Below are positions 43,545 through 56,174 of a DNA stretch of 64,000 nt, in pieces. Numbering within the stretch: position 1 is the first letter of the stretch; every line of letters starts with the position of its first letter. Made by a program: the position numbers and the translations under genes. Source of the DNA: the human T2T-CHM13v2.0 reference genome, Homo sapiens; the NCBI RefSeq assembly GCF_009914755.1, contig NC_060933.1, one strand, 5' to 3'. The notes beneath the pieces were generated by a model that was not told the origin of the DNA, made no database searches, and was given only the letters and a program-made list of their open reading frames with translations.

Positions 43545-44034
43545 CCATAGATCTTATTTATATTAAGGAACGATTAATCAGTAAAATTGAGACATGCTGG
43601 TTGTAAAGTTGCCCTTGCTTACAGGGCACTTTTCCCGGGAGAGTTGCTGAGGACCCTGCGTTGCTTACCTTGCCAAGCTCTCCGGAGCCCATTTTGAACC
43701 TATTTCTCTACCCTGTCCTTCAGTAAAGCCTACTTGCTATATAGCCCAGCCCATTGTGAGAGCTCAATAAATGTCAGTAATTATCACCATCTGCCCCCTC
43801 CCAGCCTTTTACATACATTGTGGAGTCTGGCGCCCTGTCCTCTGCTGTTGACAGCTACTACAGCTGGATTTAGTTGAATTATCTTCTGATGTCCCTGCTC
43901 TGTGCCCCTGGTTTCATTGGCCCAGGTAGGATGAGTTATTCCTCCGCAATTTGACTTTCACTCTTAAACACAACACTGATAACGGCGTTTCCAAGGCCCC
44001 CTTTTTCACAGGCCTTTGGGGCCCACAATATTAA

Positions 44035-44449
<415 letters not shown>

Positions 44450-46929
44450 TTTTTTTTTTTTTTTTTTTTTAATTAAAGATATTGGCTATGCTTGTAAGAA
44501 GATGAGACACTCTTCTATTTATGATCTGTTGGCTGCAATTACCGCTTAAGGCAAAAGTACTGTTTCAAAATCTGCACTACTTATGAGTAGACTATGGAAA
44601 TCCTATAAGATGAAGATTAAGCTTTTTTTTTTTTTTTTTTTTTTACATAAGCAACAACAACTTATATCACTAGAATGTAAGTTTTGTGAGGGTAGTAGAC
44701 TTTTTGTCTTGTTCAGTCACAGAATCCCTAGTGCCTGGAATAGCACTTATTATGTGTGATTGCTAATATTTTTTTTTTTTTGGAGAGCTAACACATAGTT
44801 ACTGGCTACGGTTGAATCACTTTGCTAAATAATTGAATAAATGTAGAGTATTTTGTGTGTGCACCTACAATGTGCAAAGCCCTGTGAAAAAGATCAGGTA
44901 TGAATATGAATGAGTAGTAAAGAAACAGTCTAGGAGGGGAGGGATACAATATAAAAACAAGTACACTACAAAGTCAAGTAAAATGACTTAGTATTCAAGA
45001 TCCAACCAGTGTGCAGTATGCTTTTTAGAGAAGCACCACTCCTTTTTATAAAGATTTGAAATTATACTGTGGAGGACTGGCTTTTGAGATGGGTCTTAAA
45101 AATGTGAATAGGATTTCAACAGAGAGAGCTCAAACTCAGAGAAAGCCTTGCCCCAGAAATCAGTTTGAAAGTCTTCTGAGCCTCTGTAAGACCAGTAGAA
45201 ATAATGTCTCAATAGCTGAAATAACTTTAATTTATTAAGCAACGCAAGATCTTCAAGACAAGTAGTGTAAGCAATTCTAAGTGTCCCCTCCTTTGGGAAA
45301 AATGTGGTTTTTCTACCATTTTTTTTTTGAAGTGAAATGAGTAATTTGAAAACACCTCTTTTGTTTTCTTCTTTTTCTAAAGATCTCATATTTCAATTTA
45401 AAGCATCTGCCAAGTTAAAGTTGACCTGCCTGTTTAAAAATATACAGGTATTTCAAGAAAAGAAATGGTACTATCTTCCCATTACTTAGCTTCAGGGAGG
45501 ATTATGCAATCCCCTGACAATCTTTCTCCCCTAATTCCCTACTTCCGGGCAAATTCTAAAGTCATGATTCATCAGACCACAGTTAGATATCCTGAACTCT
45601 TGAAACTTCTTCTGCAAAAGCAACTTTGTTTGCAAAATGGGTTCTTCATTAATTTTCCCAGAAACACTTTTTTTCTGTTAGTGACATTCACTATACAATA
45701 GTTCTCCTCAATGCAGTACTTATTTTTAACAAAACACTGTCTATAGAGTTTTAAAAACTATCTCATAGTTATATTAAATTTAGTACATTCAAGCTGCATA
45801 GAAATGTAACTTAGATGTTTCAGTTTAAAGGAAGTTTAGGAAACACTGTATTTTAAGAAGTCCATGAGGCAGTTCTGATCTGCATTTCATTTCCATATTG
45901 CAAATATCAAATACTATGAAAATATTTGCCTAACCCATCATTTCTAATCCCAGTGAGTTTTTGGTGCTCCCCCTTCACCCAACTAAGCCTTATTCTCTTT
46001 ACATTTAGAACACTTTAAGCAAATTTACCTGTGTCCATAAGCAAATAAGTCTCAGCTCCAGGCAGCTGACTTCTTGTTCACCCAGATGGAAATAAAACTA
46101 CAATGTGCATATTATAAGCACCTGCCACAGCCTCTTTAAAAATGCCAAACCTTAACCAGGCAACAGGATACAGTTTCAAATAGGAAAAGGAGTTTTTGAT
46201 GGAGCCTAAGAATCTTTAATTCTCTGGATTGACCACTGTAAACCCATTAGCTGAATTTAAATTTCTTGGAGTTCTTCTGAATCTGGCTATTACATGTGGA
46301 ATTTAGAATTGTTTCTTTTTCACATTTTGCTTATTTTTAGTCTCTCCAAAGGACTCCTGGTTATGTATCAGATTTAGGGAAAATGTTAGAATTTGCATGT
46401 TTGGCTTTGAGCTTAAAGATGATCATAGTTATGTAAAGTGTGCAGGTTATCCCCCTTCTTATGTTATATTTTTACCCTTTTTTATGGCAGTTTTGTGGCC
46501 TTCCATAATTGTATAGATATATAAAAAATACAAATACTTGAAAAGTTAAGAGGATGATTTTTGTATACTAACTAGCTACACAAGTGTCACTTCTAATATT
46601 TCTGTACAATTACGACATTGCAAGACATTTTATTTTAAATTATTTGGTTATTAAAATTTGTCTTATATCCCTTGCTATCATTATGCATGTAGAAAAAAAA
46701 AGATGTGTTGTTGCAAAATTTAAGCATTGTTACCTTTAAACTATGGTTAGTGCAAAATAGGTGTCTTTTCACTTCAACTGTAACCAATTCTGCATGTTCT
46801 TGGAGGTGCACATCAAGGGACTTTTTGGTGATCTTTAGATTTGTAGGTGCACTGCTGCTTCATGAAAGAGACATTCTGGCCCATCCATTGCCTCCCTTAA
46901 GTCTACACGAGTGTGTAGACCCAACTCTA

Positions 46930-47112
46930 CACAGATCGGGTGGCTTAATTAACAGAAATTTATTTCCTCACAGTTCTGGAAGCTACAAGTCCATTATCAG
47001 GGAGTTAGCAGTGTTGGTTCCTTTTGAGGCCATGCGGGAAATATCTGCCCCAGGCCTCTCTCCTTGGCTGTGGATGGCTGTCTTCTCCCTATGTCTTCAC
47101 ATCATCTTCCCT
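46930..47112 (-). mobile_element. MLT1B-like LTR fragment
   Basis: GGGTGGCTTAA...AACAGAAATTTATTTCCTCACAGTTCTGGAAGCTACAAGTCC. Confidence 0.7.
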
Positions 47113-48965
47113 TCGAAAATTCTTGTCAGTGCTGTTTCTTAGTCTCTGCCCCTCAGCATTACTGTATTTGTCCCACTAGAGGACTAGGGGTTCATCTCTT
47201 TCTTCCTATTAAATCTTCAACCAGGAAAGGAAGATATGAGGAGATCCTCAGTGCAAGGAATGGCCCTCATCTCAAAGGCTAGTAACTCTTTCCTTGTACT
47301 GGTTCACCTGTTCTCCCAAATATTCTGGAAGCTTATTTCATCAACTATGCTGTTTTTTGTTAGTTTGTTTGTTTCCTGTGGCTTCACTCTTCTTCTATAG
47401 CTCCTCATGGTCTACCTGAGAACACGTTCAGATTTCCCAATGCTACCTCACAATTAATATCTTGTTACTCTCTTTCGGTTTTCCACCATTTAGTGAAAGC
47501 GTGTATGTCTAAGAGTTGCCTACACTTAACTCCATATCCTCAGCTCCTATGGTCTTCTCAAACCAATTTCTCTCCACTGTGTTTCCAAAACCCCTTATCC
47601 TTAAGGCCACCACCTCTTTCTTAATTTCCAAGTACAAGAGCCATTTCTAAATGACTTCCTTTTGGAGCCTCTTTCTAAGTGACCATTTTGTATCCTTTTG
47701 CAATGTTTTTCACAGCTTTCTTCCTGACACTTTCACCTGCAGTTGCGTCATCAGGATTACATTATCTTGGCTTGCTTTCTGCCCCTCTTAATTATCTTAT
47801 TCTGTGTGTTTTTTATTTTAATAGTTGCTGCCAAATGACTTTCAAACCAACAAGCAAACAAGCACCAGCAATATATGAGTGTATCCTTTTCTAATACCAT
47901 TTATTGCTGGTAAAGGTGTTACAGAAAATTTGAGGTCATCACCACCCTGATGGGTATATATCCATATACTGTCATTTCTTTAAACAGTATTTCCCTCACC
48001 AGTGTAAATTTGAACAACTTTTACTGTTTGTTTGGCAATTTGGATTTGCATATCTGCTGACTCGGAGGCATTTGACTGTACTCAGGTTTCATCCATTTTT
48101 GTTGTTTGGATTGCTTGCTTTACAATTGATAAGAGCTCCTGGTACACTGTAGATAGTAACACTTTGTTAGTGCATGTAAGGAAATATGAAGTTTTTGTAA
48201 GAATCTACTGATTTTGCTTATTTTTTCCACTTGAGGATTTTTATTTGCCTATATTAAAAACACCTCTCATTTCTTTTATAATAACAGGTTTTAAGCCACA
48301 GATTAGTCTCCCACCACAGAGATTATAAATGTTATTCTCAGAATAGATTATCCTGAATAGTGATCTTTTGCAAGTTACTTTTAACAAAGTATAACCATAT
48401 TTGACTTGTAAATGAGAAAATGAGATTTAGGATTTATCAAGTTTCTCTTTGAAAGAAAATTTCATTTTTCTATTGGATAATAATCTATTTATGATAAAGT
48501 TAACCAAAATCACCCCAACCAATGCAAAGCAAACATTTATTGTGGCTTGGTCTGGAAAACTTTCATTACAAATTTAGCTACAAGATATTTACAGAATATC
48601 TTGTAAAGTTTATTGTTTGTTTTATATATTTACTCCCATTTTAATTCCAGATCCATCCAGATCCATGTTTTTTTATTTTTTAAGATAGTATAAAGATCCA
48701 GTTTTTGTTTAACTATGCTAGTTTAAAGAATTGTTTTAAATCACTTTTTAAACCTATTGAGTTAAAATAGAAATTGAAAAAAAGTCATTATTAAATTTAA
48801 GTATATTAATCTTTGGTTCGTGTCATAAATCCATGGAGTTGGCAATGATTATGTGAAGACTTGCTGTATTTTTTGTGTTCTGATTACATAAGAATTTTTG
48901 AATTATTATATTAGAAATTATATGGTCCTGGTATATCTTAGAAAGTATATAATCAAATGAAGTTC

Positions 48966-50040
48966 CTTTTTTTCATAATAGACTCTAGTTTTTAGAGAAA
49001 TTTTAGGTTTACAGAAAAATTGAGCAGAAAGTACAGAGAATTCTCATATACTCAATTTCCCGCTGCTCTTAGTTTCCCCTGTTACTAATATTTTGGATTG
49101 ATGTGGTCCATTTGTTATATTGGTGAACCAATATTGATACATTATTATTAGCTAATTGCCATAGTTTACATTAGGGCCTACTCTTCATGTTATACATTTC
49201 TATGTGTTTTGCCAAATCCATAATGTATGCATACACCATTACAGTATCATACAGAATAGTTTCACTTCCCTAAAAATCTCTTTTTTTTTTTTTTTTTTTT
49301 GAGACATAGTCTCGCTCTGTTGCCTAGGCTGGAATACAATGGGGCAATCTTGGCTCACTTTAACCTCTGCTTCCCAGGTTCAAGTGATTCTCCTGCCTCA
49401 GCCTTCTGAGTAGCTGGGACCACAGGCGTGCACCACCACGCCCAGCTAATTTTTTTTTGTATTTTAGTAGATGGGGTTTCATCATGTTGGTCAGGCTGGT
49501 CTTGAACTCCTGACCTGATGATCCGCCGCCTCGGCCTCCCAAAGTGCTGGGATTACAGGTGTGAGCCACCATGCCCAGCCCACTTCCCTAAAAGTCTCTT
49601 ATTTATTACTCCTCCCTGCCACCAACTCCTGGCAACCATTGATCTTTTTACTTTCTCTATAGTTTGCCTTCTCCAGAATGCATCTCATTGGAATGAAACA
49701 GACATAGCCTTTTCATACTGTCTTCCTTTACTTAGCGATACTCATTTATGATTCCTTCATTTCTTTTCCTGGTTTAAAAGCATTTCTTTTTATCATTGAG
49801 TAATAGTCCATTACATAAACGTACTATAGTCCATGTATTCACTTACCTCTTGAAAAATATCTCAGCTGCTTCCAATTTCTGGTAATTATGAATAAACTGC
49901 TATAAGCATACATGTGCAGGTTTTTGTGTAAACATGTTTCCTAACTCATTTGGGTAAATATCTAGGAGCACAATTGCTGGATTGCATTGTAAGACTCTGT
50001 TTATCTTTGTAAGAAACTGCCAGACTATTTTAAAACAGCT
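48966..50040 (-). mobile_element. L1MC/MD-type 3' end, split by an Alu
   Basis: TTTTAGGTTTACAGAAAAATTGAGCAGAAAGTACAGAG...; CATGTGCAGGTTTTTGTGTAAACATG...GGGTAAATATCTAGGAG. Confidence 0.8.
49281..49580 (-). mobile_element. AluS
   Basis: Antisense Alu; 17/18 TSD CACTTCCCTAAAA(A/G)TCTC (49263-49280, 49581-49598). Confidence 0.92.
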
Positions 50041-52688
50041 GGAACCTAGAAAGCAGAGTTTGACCTTTTGACCTTAACACATATCTTCATTTTCCTTCTG
50101 CAAAACTTCTTGAAAATTATTGAAGTAAAATTTGTTATTATAGCGAATGTGACAAGGTCTTATTCTCTTACTTTCGAATAATATAGAGAGGGATATGGAT
50201 ACTATACTCAGGGATTAAACAAAATAACTTGTGCAATACAAAATTACTAATCCTAGCATGATCCTGATGTTGGAAGTATACTAGTTGAATCACCAAGTCA
50301 TTCGCTGACTTTTCCTAAGTCACACAGTAATAGATACTAAGCCACCACCAAATTTGAGTTTTTATCTTCTCTAAGATTTTCCACCCACAAAAGGAAATAT
50401 AGAGAGGCAGGGAGGTAAGATCTTTTTCCCTAAGTGAAGTCCAACAAAGGTACCTCCCTTTGGCTCTAGCTACCCACATGACTACTTCATTAACCTGAAA
50501 GAGTAAAATTTGAAAAAAAATTCTGTCTTTAATTCATGTGAATAACTGAGGAATAATAATAATAATAATCTCAATAACTCAGTGTGTGTGTGATAATTAT
50601 TTGCCATGTTTAGAGGCAAAGGGAAAACATTTAGAATGTTAGCCCTCAAAATGCTTTGACCTGGGGACACATGAGAAACACACACTAAAATAATGATTTT
50701 TGTTGGCTGTGGATAGGGGGTATGAGGAAGCTGTGGGGAGATTTTGGAATATCTGTGAAATGCTGTTCTTGATCATTCAGAATATACTCTTTCTTCCATA
50801 TAACAAGTAATGCTTAGATAGAGTTAAATGTAAAGGATGAGGGGACAGCTTACTAAGATCAGATATTTTGCAAGAGTCTTATGCACAATGAGATGTATGT
50901 GAGAGACTCCATATTTCCTCTCCTTGTTTTGTTTTGTTTCCTCTTCACTATCAGATTCTAAACCAAATGAGTGAAAATAAACATGCTGTGAAAAACGTAA
51001 CATATAGAGATTGATTTTAACTGTCTTTTTTCTTTCCTTCTCTTTCTTTATTTTCTCTGTTTGTAAAGTAAGTGGAGCCGATGAATCATCATCTTCTAGA
51101 AACAGCAAGAGTGGTGAGTCATTTCTCTGGAGTATGTGGCATTTCACCCACAGAAAGCATTTAACCCATGATTATCCCCTCACTGTTAATGATAACATAT
51201 TTTACTTGTTCTTTTATTTCCATAAATCTACTCGACATTATTATTATGCGGAGAAAAAGATTCTGACAGATTATTCACAGCAATATACCTACATGATTAG
51301 TGGCTTTCTTTTTGTGTTATGTTTGGGAGTTTCACTTGCCTTTAGTGTTACAGCTGGAAGTTAATTTTGGAAAAACATTCTTTTCACTTTTTTTTTCTTA
51401 ATTCTGCTACAATTATCATATTTATTGTTGCTATTTTAGGTTTGCCTATGTATTACAAATCCAAACATATAAAATAATTCCATTCAGTTTATGGCACTGG
51501 TAATAGCAGCAACAAAGCAAAATGAGACTATACATGTTTTCTAGGTTGTTATATTTTATAAAAAGTAAGTGGAATTTTTTCTTCATTTCACAAGAGCATC
51601 ACTGTGCAGGAATGTTCCAATAGTTCCATTACCAGAGTTAGGAATACAAACGCAAATTAAAGAAAAAAAGAAAACCAGATTTTGTATAATCATCTTATTC
51701 CTTCTCACCTGATGACATAAATATGGTATTAGAAAGTTAGTCTACATCTGTCAAGATCAATTTGCAATAATATCAATTAACTTAACTTGTTAGCAGGTAA
51801 CTAATTAATTTTCAACTTACACATATGATAGTAAAAACATATATTGACATTTTCTTAAATATTTAGATTAGATGATCATCCTACTTCAGGATATGTTGAC
51901 TTCATTGATATTGGCATCGAGCACTTAGAATGTATTATAAAATACTGCCAATCTTTAGAAAGTATTTTCATTAACTTCCTAAACTTCATGTTTTTTATGT
52001 GAAATATCTATGAGGAAAAGAGGAAAAAGAACAAACCACTAAATGCAGCATAAATTGAGCCATAATGCTGTGAGATTTTACACCTGTGCACTTTAATGGA
52101 AACATCATATAATACTTTGTAGGGTTTAAAGAAGAATGAAAATGAACCACTATGGAAGTTACCAGAACCAATTTTCCTCCATTGGGTGGGAAATTTCTTA
52201 TGGAATGTGTTCTGTAATAGTTGCTGCTCCATTAATCCTTTCATTTTATAGGTCTAGTTCCTTGTTTTGGTGTTCAACTAGTCTACAATGTCAAAGATGT
52301 GTATCAAAATGTATATATAACTGATCTATATTACAGTTTATATATATAGTTCTATGTAACTGACTCTATTTAAAAGAATTAATGTAGATAGGCCTTCTGA
52401 TGTCAATGCTTTTATTGAATGTCATAATGATCAAATTTTTGGCATTACCTTTGTTCAAAATTTTGAGCCAATCTGGAACTTTATTACTTCTATATTTCTT
52501 ATTTATAACAACAAGCTATATCTAGGAACAAAAGTCGTTTATTTTTTAAGGCAAGAAAAATATAAATAGAAAATTATTCGGCACTGTGTAATGTTAAAAT
52601 TTACAAATATATGTTATTTCTCCATTGTCACAAGAATTCTAGTGGGTAGACAACTTAGATAATGCTCCTATATACAAAAGTAAAAACA

Positions 52689-52833
52689 GCTAGGCATGGT
52701 GGCTCACGCCTGTGATTCCAACTCTTAGGGAGACAGAGGCAGGAGGATAGCCTGAGCCCAGGAGTTTGAGACCTGCCTGGGCAATATAACGAGACCCCAT
52801 TCTCCACAAAAAGCGGGGGAAAAAGACAACAAA
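52689..52833 (+). pseudogene. BC200 (BCYRN1) RNA processed retrocopy: Alu-monomer domain plus A-rich domain, no 3' unique domain
   Basis: Monomer with BC200-type residues (CTCTTAGGGAG, GGATAGC, GAGACCTGCCTGGGCAATATA, TTCTCCACAAAAAG...AAAAAGACAA); 15-bp TSD ACAAAAGTAAAAACA at 52674-52688 and 52834-52848. Confidence 0.8.
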
Positions 52834-53223
52834 ACAAAAGTAAAAACAGGTTCAGAAAAATTAAGTATGTCCCTAAAGTCACAGAATAATAAGTGATGGA
52901 GGTGGAATTCAAATGTAATATTTTGTTTGTTGGTTTGTTTAGTTTTGAAGGTAACATACTTTTTAGTCTACAACCTATTTAACTACAAAAGTGTGCCAAT
53001 CACTGGTATTAGGATTGGGGCAGATGTATACTCTGAAAATAAAAGTGCAAAATAAATATCCCATCTGGAAATAAAAGTGCAAAATAAAGAGGGAGGAAAA
53101 ATCAGCCCTTCCATTTCTTTTCCTTTGTAATGCCAGTTGAATTGGTTTAGTGAGTAGTTTTGCAAGACTTGTTTCACTTTGTTTTTGGACATAGCTGAGC
53201 CATGTACTTCAAACAGAAGGCAG

Positions 53224-53276
53224 CCAATTACTAACTTCTGGTTGCTAGGTGTGGCTTCCTTTAAAATCCTATAAAA
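53224..53276 (+). promoter_or_regulatory. ANXA1: ANXA1 core promoter: CCAAT box (53224-53228) and TATA box (TATAAAA 53270-53276)
   Basis: AGCCAAT at about -77 and TATAAAA at -31 relative to the start of the recognised mRNA 5' sequence AGTGTGAAATCTTCAG at 53301; no CpG island. Confidence 0.9.
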
Positions 53277-53300
53277 TCAGAAGCCCAAGTCTCCACTGCC

Positions 53301-53360
53301 AGTGTGAAATCTTCAGAGAAGAATTTCTCTTTAGTTCTTTGCAAGAAGGTAGAGATAAAG
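53301..53360 (+). other. ANXA1: ANXA1 exon 1 (non-coding 5' UTR)
   Basis: Matches the ANXA1 mRNA leader as I recall it; ends AAG|GTAAGT (consensus donor at 53361) and joins exon 2 ACACTTTTTCAAAAATG. Confidence 0.92.
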
Positions 53361-55169
53361 GTAAGTCTTGGTTTTCCTTTTAGTTAGTTTTGGTTGTTTT
53401 GAAAACTTTTCTCATCACTATGTTAAATGTTACTGCTTCTACAGGATTTATGGTTAGTTGCATTTAACATGATAAGTCATTCATAAATCTTTCTGTAGAA
53501 TTACATTGGATATTTATATTTTAGGAATCACAAATTACAATATTTTTGTTCTACTTAGTTAACAAATACAAGTAAAAATAAGATAAGTTTGCTTAATACT
53601 GGCTCATTGTACTCTTGGTAAGTTACCATGAGAAAGAAGGGAAGAATGTGCTTTCCCTCTGGTAGCCTTAAAAGAATGTGTTTTTCCTTTCCTTCCCCTT
53701 GAAATATTTCTTCCCAAGAGCTGTGTGTTTTACAGAGAAATCGTGATGGGGGCTGCTTTTTGGGGGCAAGAACAAAAGTGATAGGAGTGGGCTGCAGGGA
53801 ACTGTTTCAAAATAGTAGGACTTTCATAATTTATTTTCTTCTTTTGTAAGGAAAACAAGATAGATTCAGACCTCAAAGTGCTAATCATGCTCTTTGTAAT
53901 AAACATTTAAAAATATATGTTATATTTGCTTATGCTATTTAAAATAAGAAGGTCCGCTTATTACTTTTTTCATTTAAAGAGGGTGTGGCCACATTCCTTT
54001 TCTTGTAGGCTCTGTGTCATATACAGTCTTTTCAAGTGCTGGCTGGAAAACCTAAAAAGAAGGGAAATACTTTCTGGGTAGTGTCAGATACATTATCCTA
54101 GGGGAATGTCAGTGAGGCCCTCCAACAGCTATTCCACTTGATTGTTGCATGAGCTAATGGCCATAAAACTCCTTAGAAAAGCACAAAGCAAAACTAAAGA
54201 AGAGTATTTACTAGTGTTGGATATATTTGTAAAAGTGAGATTACAAATCATGTATCTGGCTATTTTTTTCTTAAACATGTTCCTTCAAGAATTTTTCTGT
54301 TCGTTCATTTTAAATATTTATTAAATGTTCTGATTTCTTATGTTCACTGCTAGCTAATTAACAAGGATGGAATTTTTCTTGCCTTGGTTATATCTAAAAG
54401 ATTGTAAAAACTTTGAGAAAGCAATGTTGCCCTCTTTCCACAGGAGTATTTTGGTAGCTGTAAGAGAATGCACATTGCAAATGACTCAAATGTGGTAAAA
54501 TGTTGGTTTCATAATTCTGAAATGGCCTCTTCCCCAAAAGTGACAGTAACACCCTAGCTCCAGGCTCAACCACATCCAGCACATAGCCAACATTTAACAG
54601 ATGTTGACAAAATAGTTAATAATAATATTATTAAGGAACCAGCCAGAGTTTCATGCTTATTAAATACTTTTTCAACCAGAAGGTCTGCAAAGGTTGATTT
54701 CTGAATATGACGTTAGCTCTCTCTAGACCTATTAATTTACGACATTTCAAATCAGAGGTAAACCAGCAGACCTATTATTTTTCAATGATAAACTATAAAC
54801 AGTTTTTTGAAGTCAACTATTTCCTTTTCCTTTAAAATTGGACAGAATTTCATCAGGAAGCTCAGAACAATCCAATTTATATAATGCCTTCCTTCATTAT
54901 GCTAATTTTCTTCATCTTCATCTACTTGAAGTAATATTTAAGATTGGCACTTCAGAGCTGTAAATGGATCTTAGATGATAATTACTTCAACATTCTTATT
55001 TTATAAACGAAGACCCTCTGGAGAAGCTAAATGTTTTTCTTGAGGTCAGATCGCCAGATAATCAAGAACCAGTATACTTCAATTTGTATTTTATATCCTA
55101 TAGTTGTGGGTAGAAAATGTTCATTAAATTAGTGTAGATATGTTTTTTAAAATATTAGCAATGATACAT

Positions 55170-55560
55170 GATATTCATTCAATAATACTTATTAACATCC
55201 TAAATTCCAGGCATTTTGCTAGGGATTGGAAGTACATACATAATGAATATTATTATTTGTATGTTAGCACGGGCCTCATGGCCTGCTCCTGGGGAATATA
55301 AACAAGCCAATGGAAAGTGATAATACAGAAAGGTGGGGCTGGTGTAGGGGTGAAGTCAGGATGCTTTGGGAGAGCATGGAAGGTCACCGAATCCAGTGCT
55401 GAGGAACTAATGAAGGGTTTCTGAAGAACGTGATGAGATCAATGCTGATGAGTCACTTAGAAGTAGCAATTAGTTAGGCAAAGGGAAGTGAATGTGGAGG
55501 AGGAACAAGCATTCCAGGCAAGAAGAACACCCTATCGAAAAGCCTGGAAGCAAAACATTA
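55170..55560 (-). mobile_element. L2 fragment in ANXA1 intron 1
   Basis: ATTCATTCAATAATACTTATT...CCAGGCATTTTGCTAGG; AGCATTCCAGGCAAGAAGAACA. Confidence 0.6.
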
Positions 55561-55633
55561 GTGAGGCTACCTTTCATAAATTGCTTTCTGTAAGTCATGC
55601 CATTGTGTAGTCTTAATTGCTTTCTCTCACCAG

Positions 55634-55778
55634 GGAAGGTGTGGGAAGGACTTGTGAAATACATATTCGAGGAAAAACTATGCACAAGGCCGTGCATTTA
55701 AAAATAAACTCCCTAAGGCTGGGGTGAAACCTGCTACGGTCTGCGCAAGTTGACTGTTAATGAATTTGATTCTCAGGT
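55634..55778 (+). other. ANXA1: Putative alternative ANXA1 exon in intron 1 with an upstream in-frame ATG (55760)
   Basis: Acceptor TTGCTTTCTCTCACCAG| (AG 55632-55633), donor AGGT|GTGAGT (55779); spliced to exon 2 it reads [18 protein letters not shown]. Confidence 0.6.
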
Positions 55779-55839
55779 GTGAGTGATTAAAAGAACACTG
55801 ATCATGTCATTTTCTTTTTGGTCACTAATTCCCTCCCTC

Positions 55840-56174
55840 CCTTCTCTTTCTTTTCTTTTTTCTTTTCTTTTCTTTTTCTTTCTTTCTTCCCGACAGAGTC
55901 TTGTTATGTCGCCCAGGATGGAGTGTAGTGGTACAATCTCGGCTCACTGCAGCCTCCGCCTCTTCCTGGGTTCAAGTGATTCTCCTGCCTCAGCCTTCTG
56001 AGTAGATGGGACTACAGGTGCACACCACCATGCCTGGCTGATTTTTGTACTTTTGGTAGAGACGGGGTTTCGCCATGCTGGCCAGGCTGGTCTTGAACTC
56101 CTGGCCTCAAGTAATCTGCCCACCTTGGCCTCCTAAATTGCTGGGATTGCAGGTGTGAGCCACCATGCACAGCC
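55840..56174 (-). mobile_element. AluS (Sz/Sx-like), antisense in intron 1, with (TTTC)n tail
   Basis: Antisense Alu body 55891-56174 preceded by a pyrimidine tract. Confidence 0.9.

Noticed and set aside
46705-47142. 145-aa ORF
   Set aside because: Non-ATG start, runs into an MLT1 LTR, no recognisable homology
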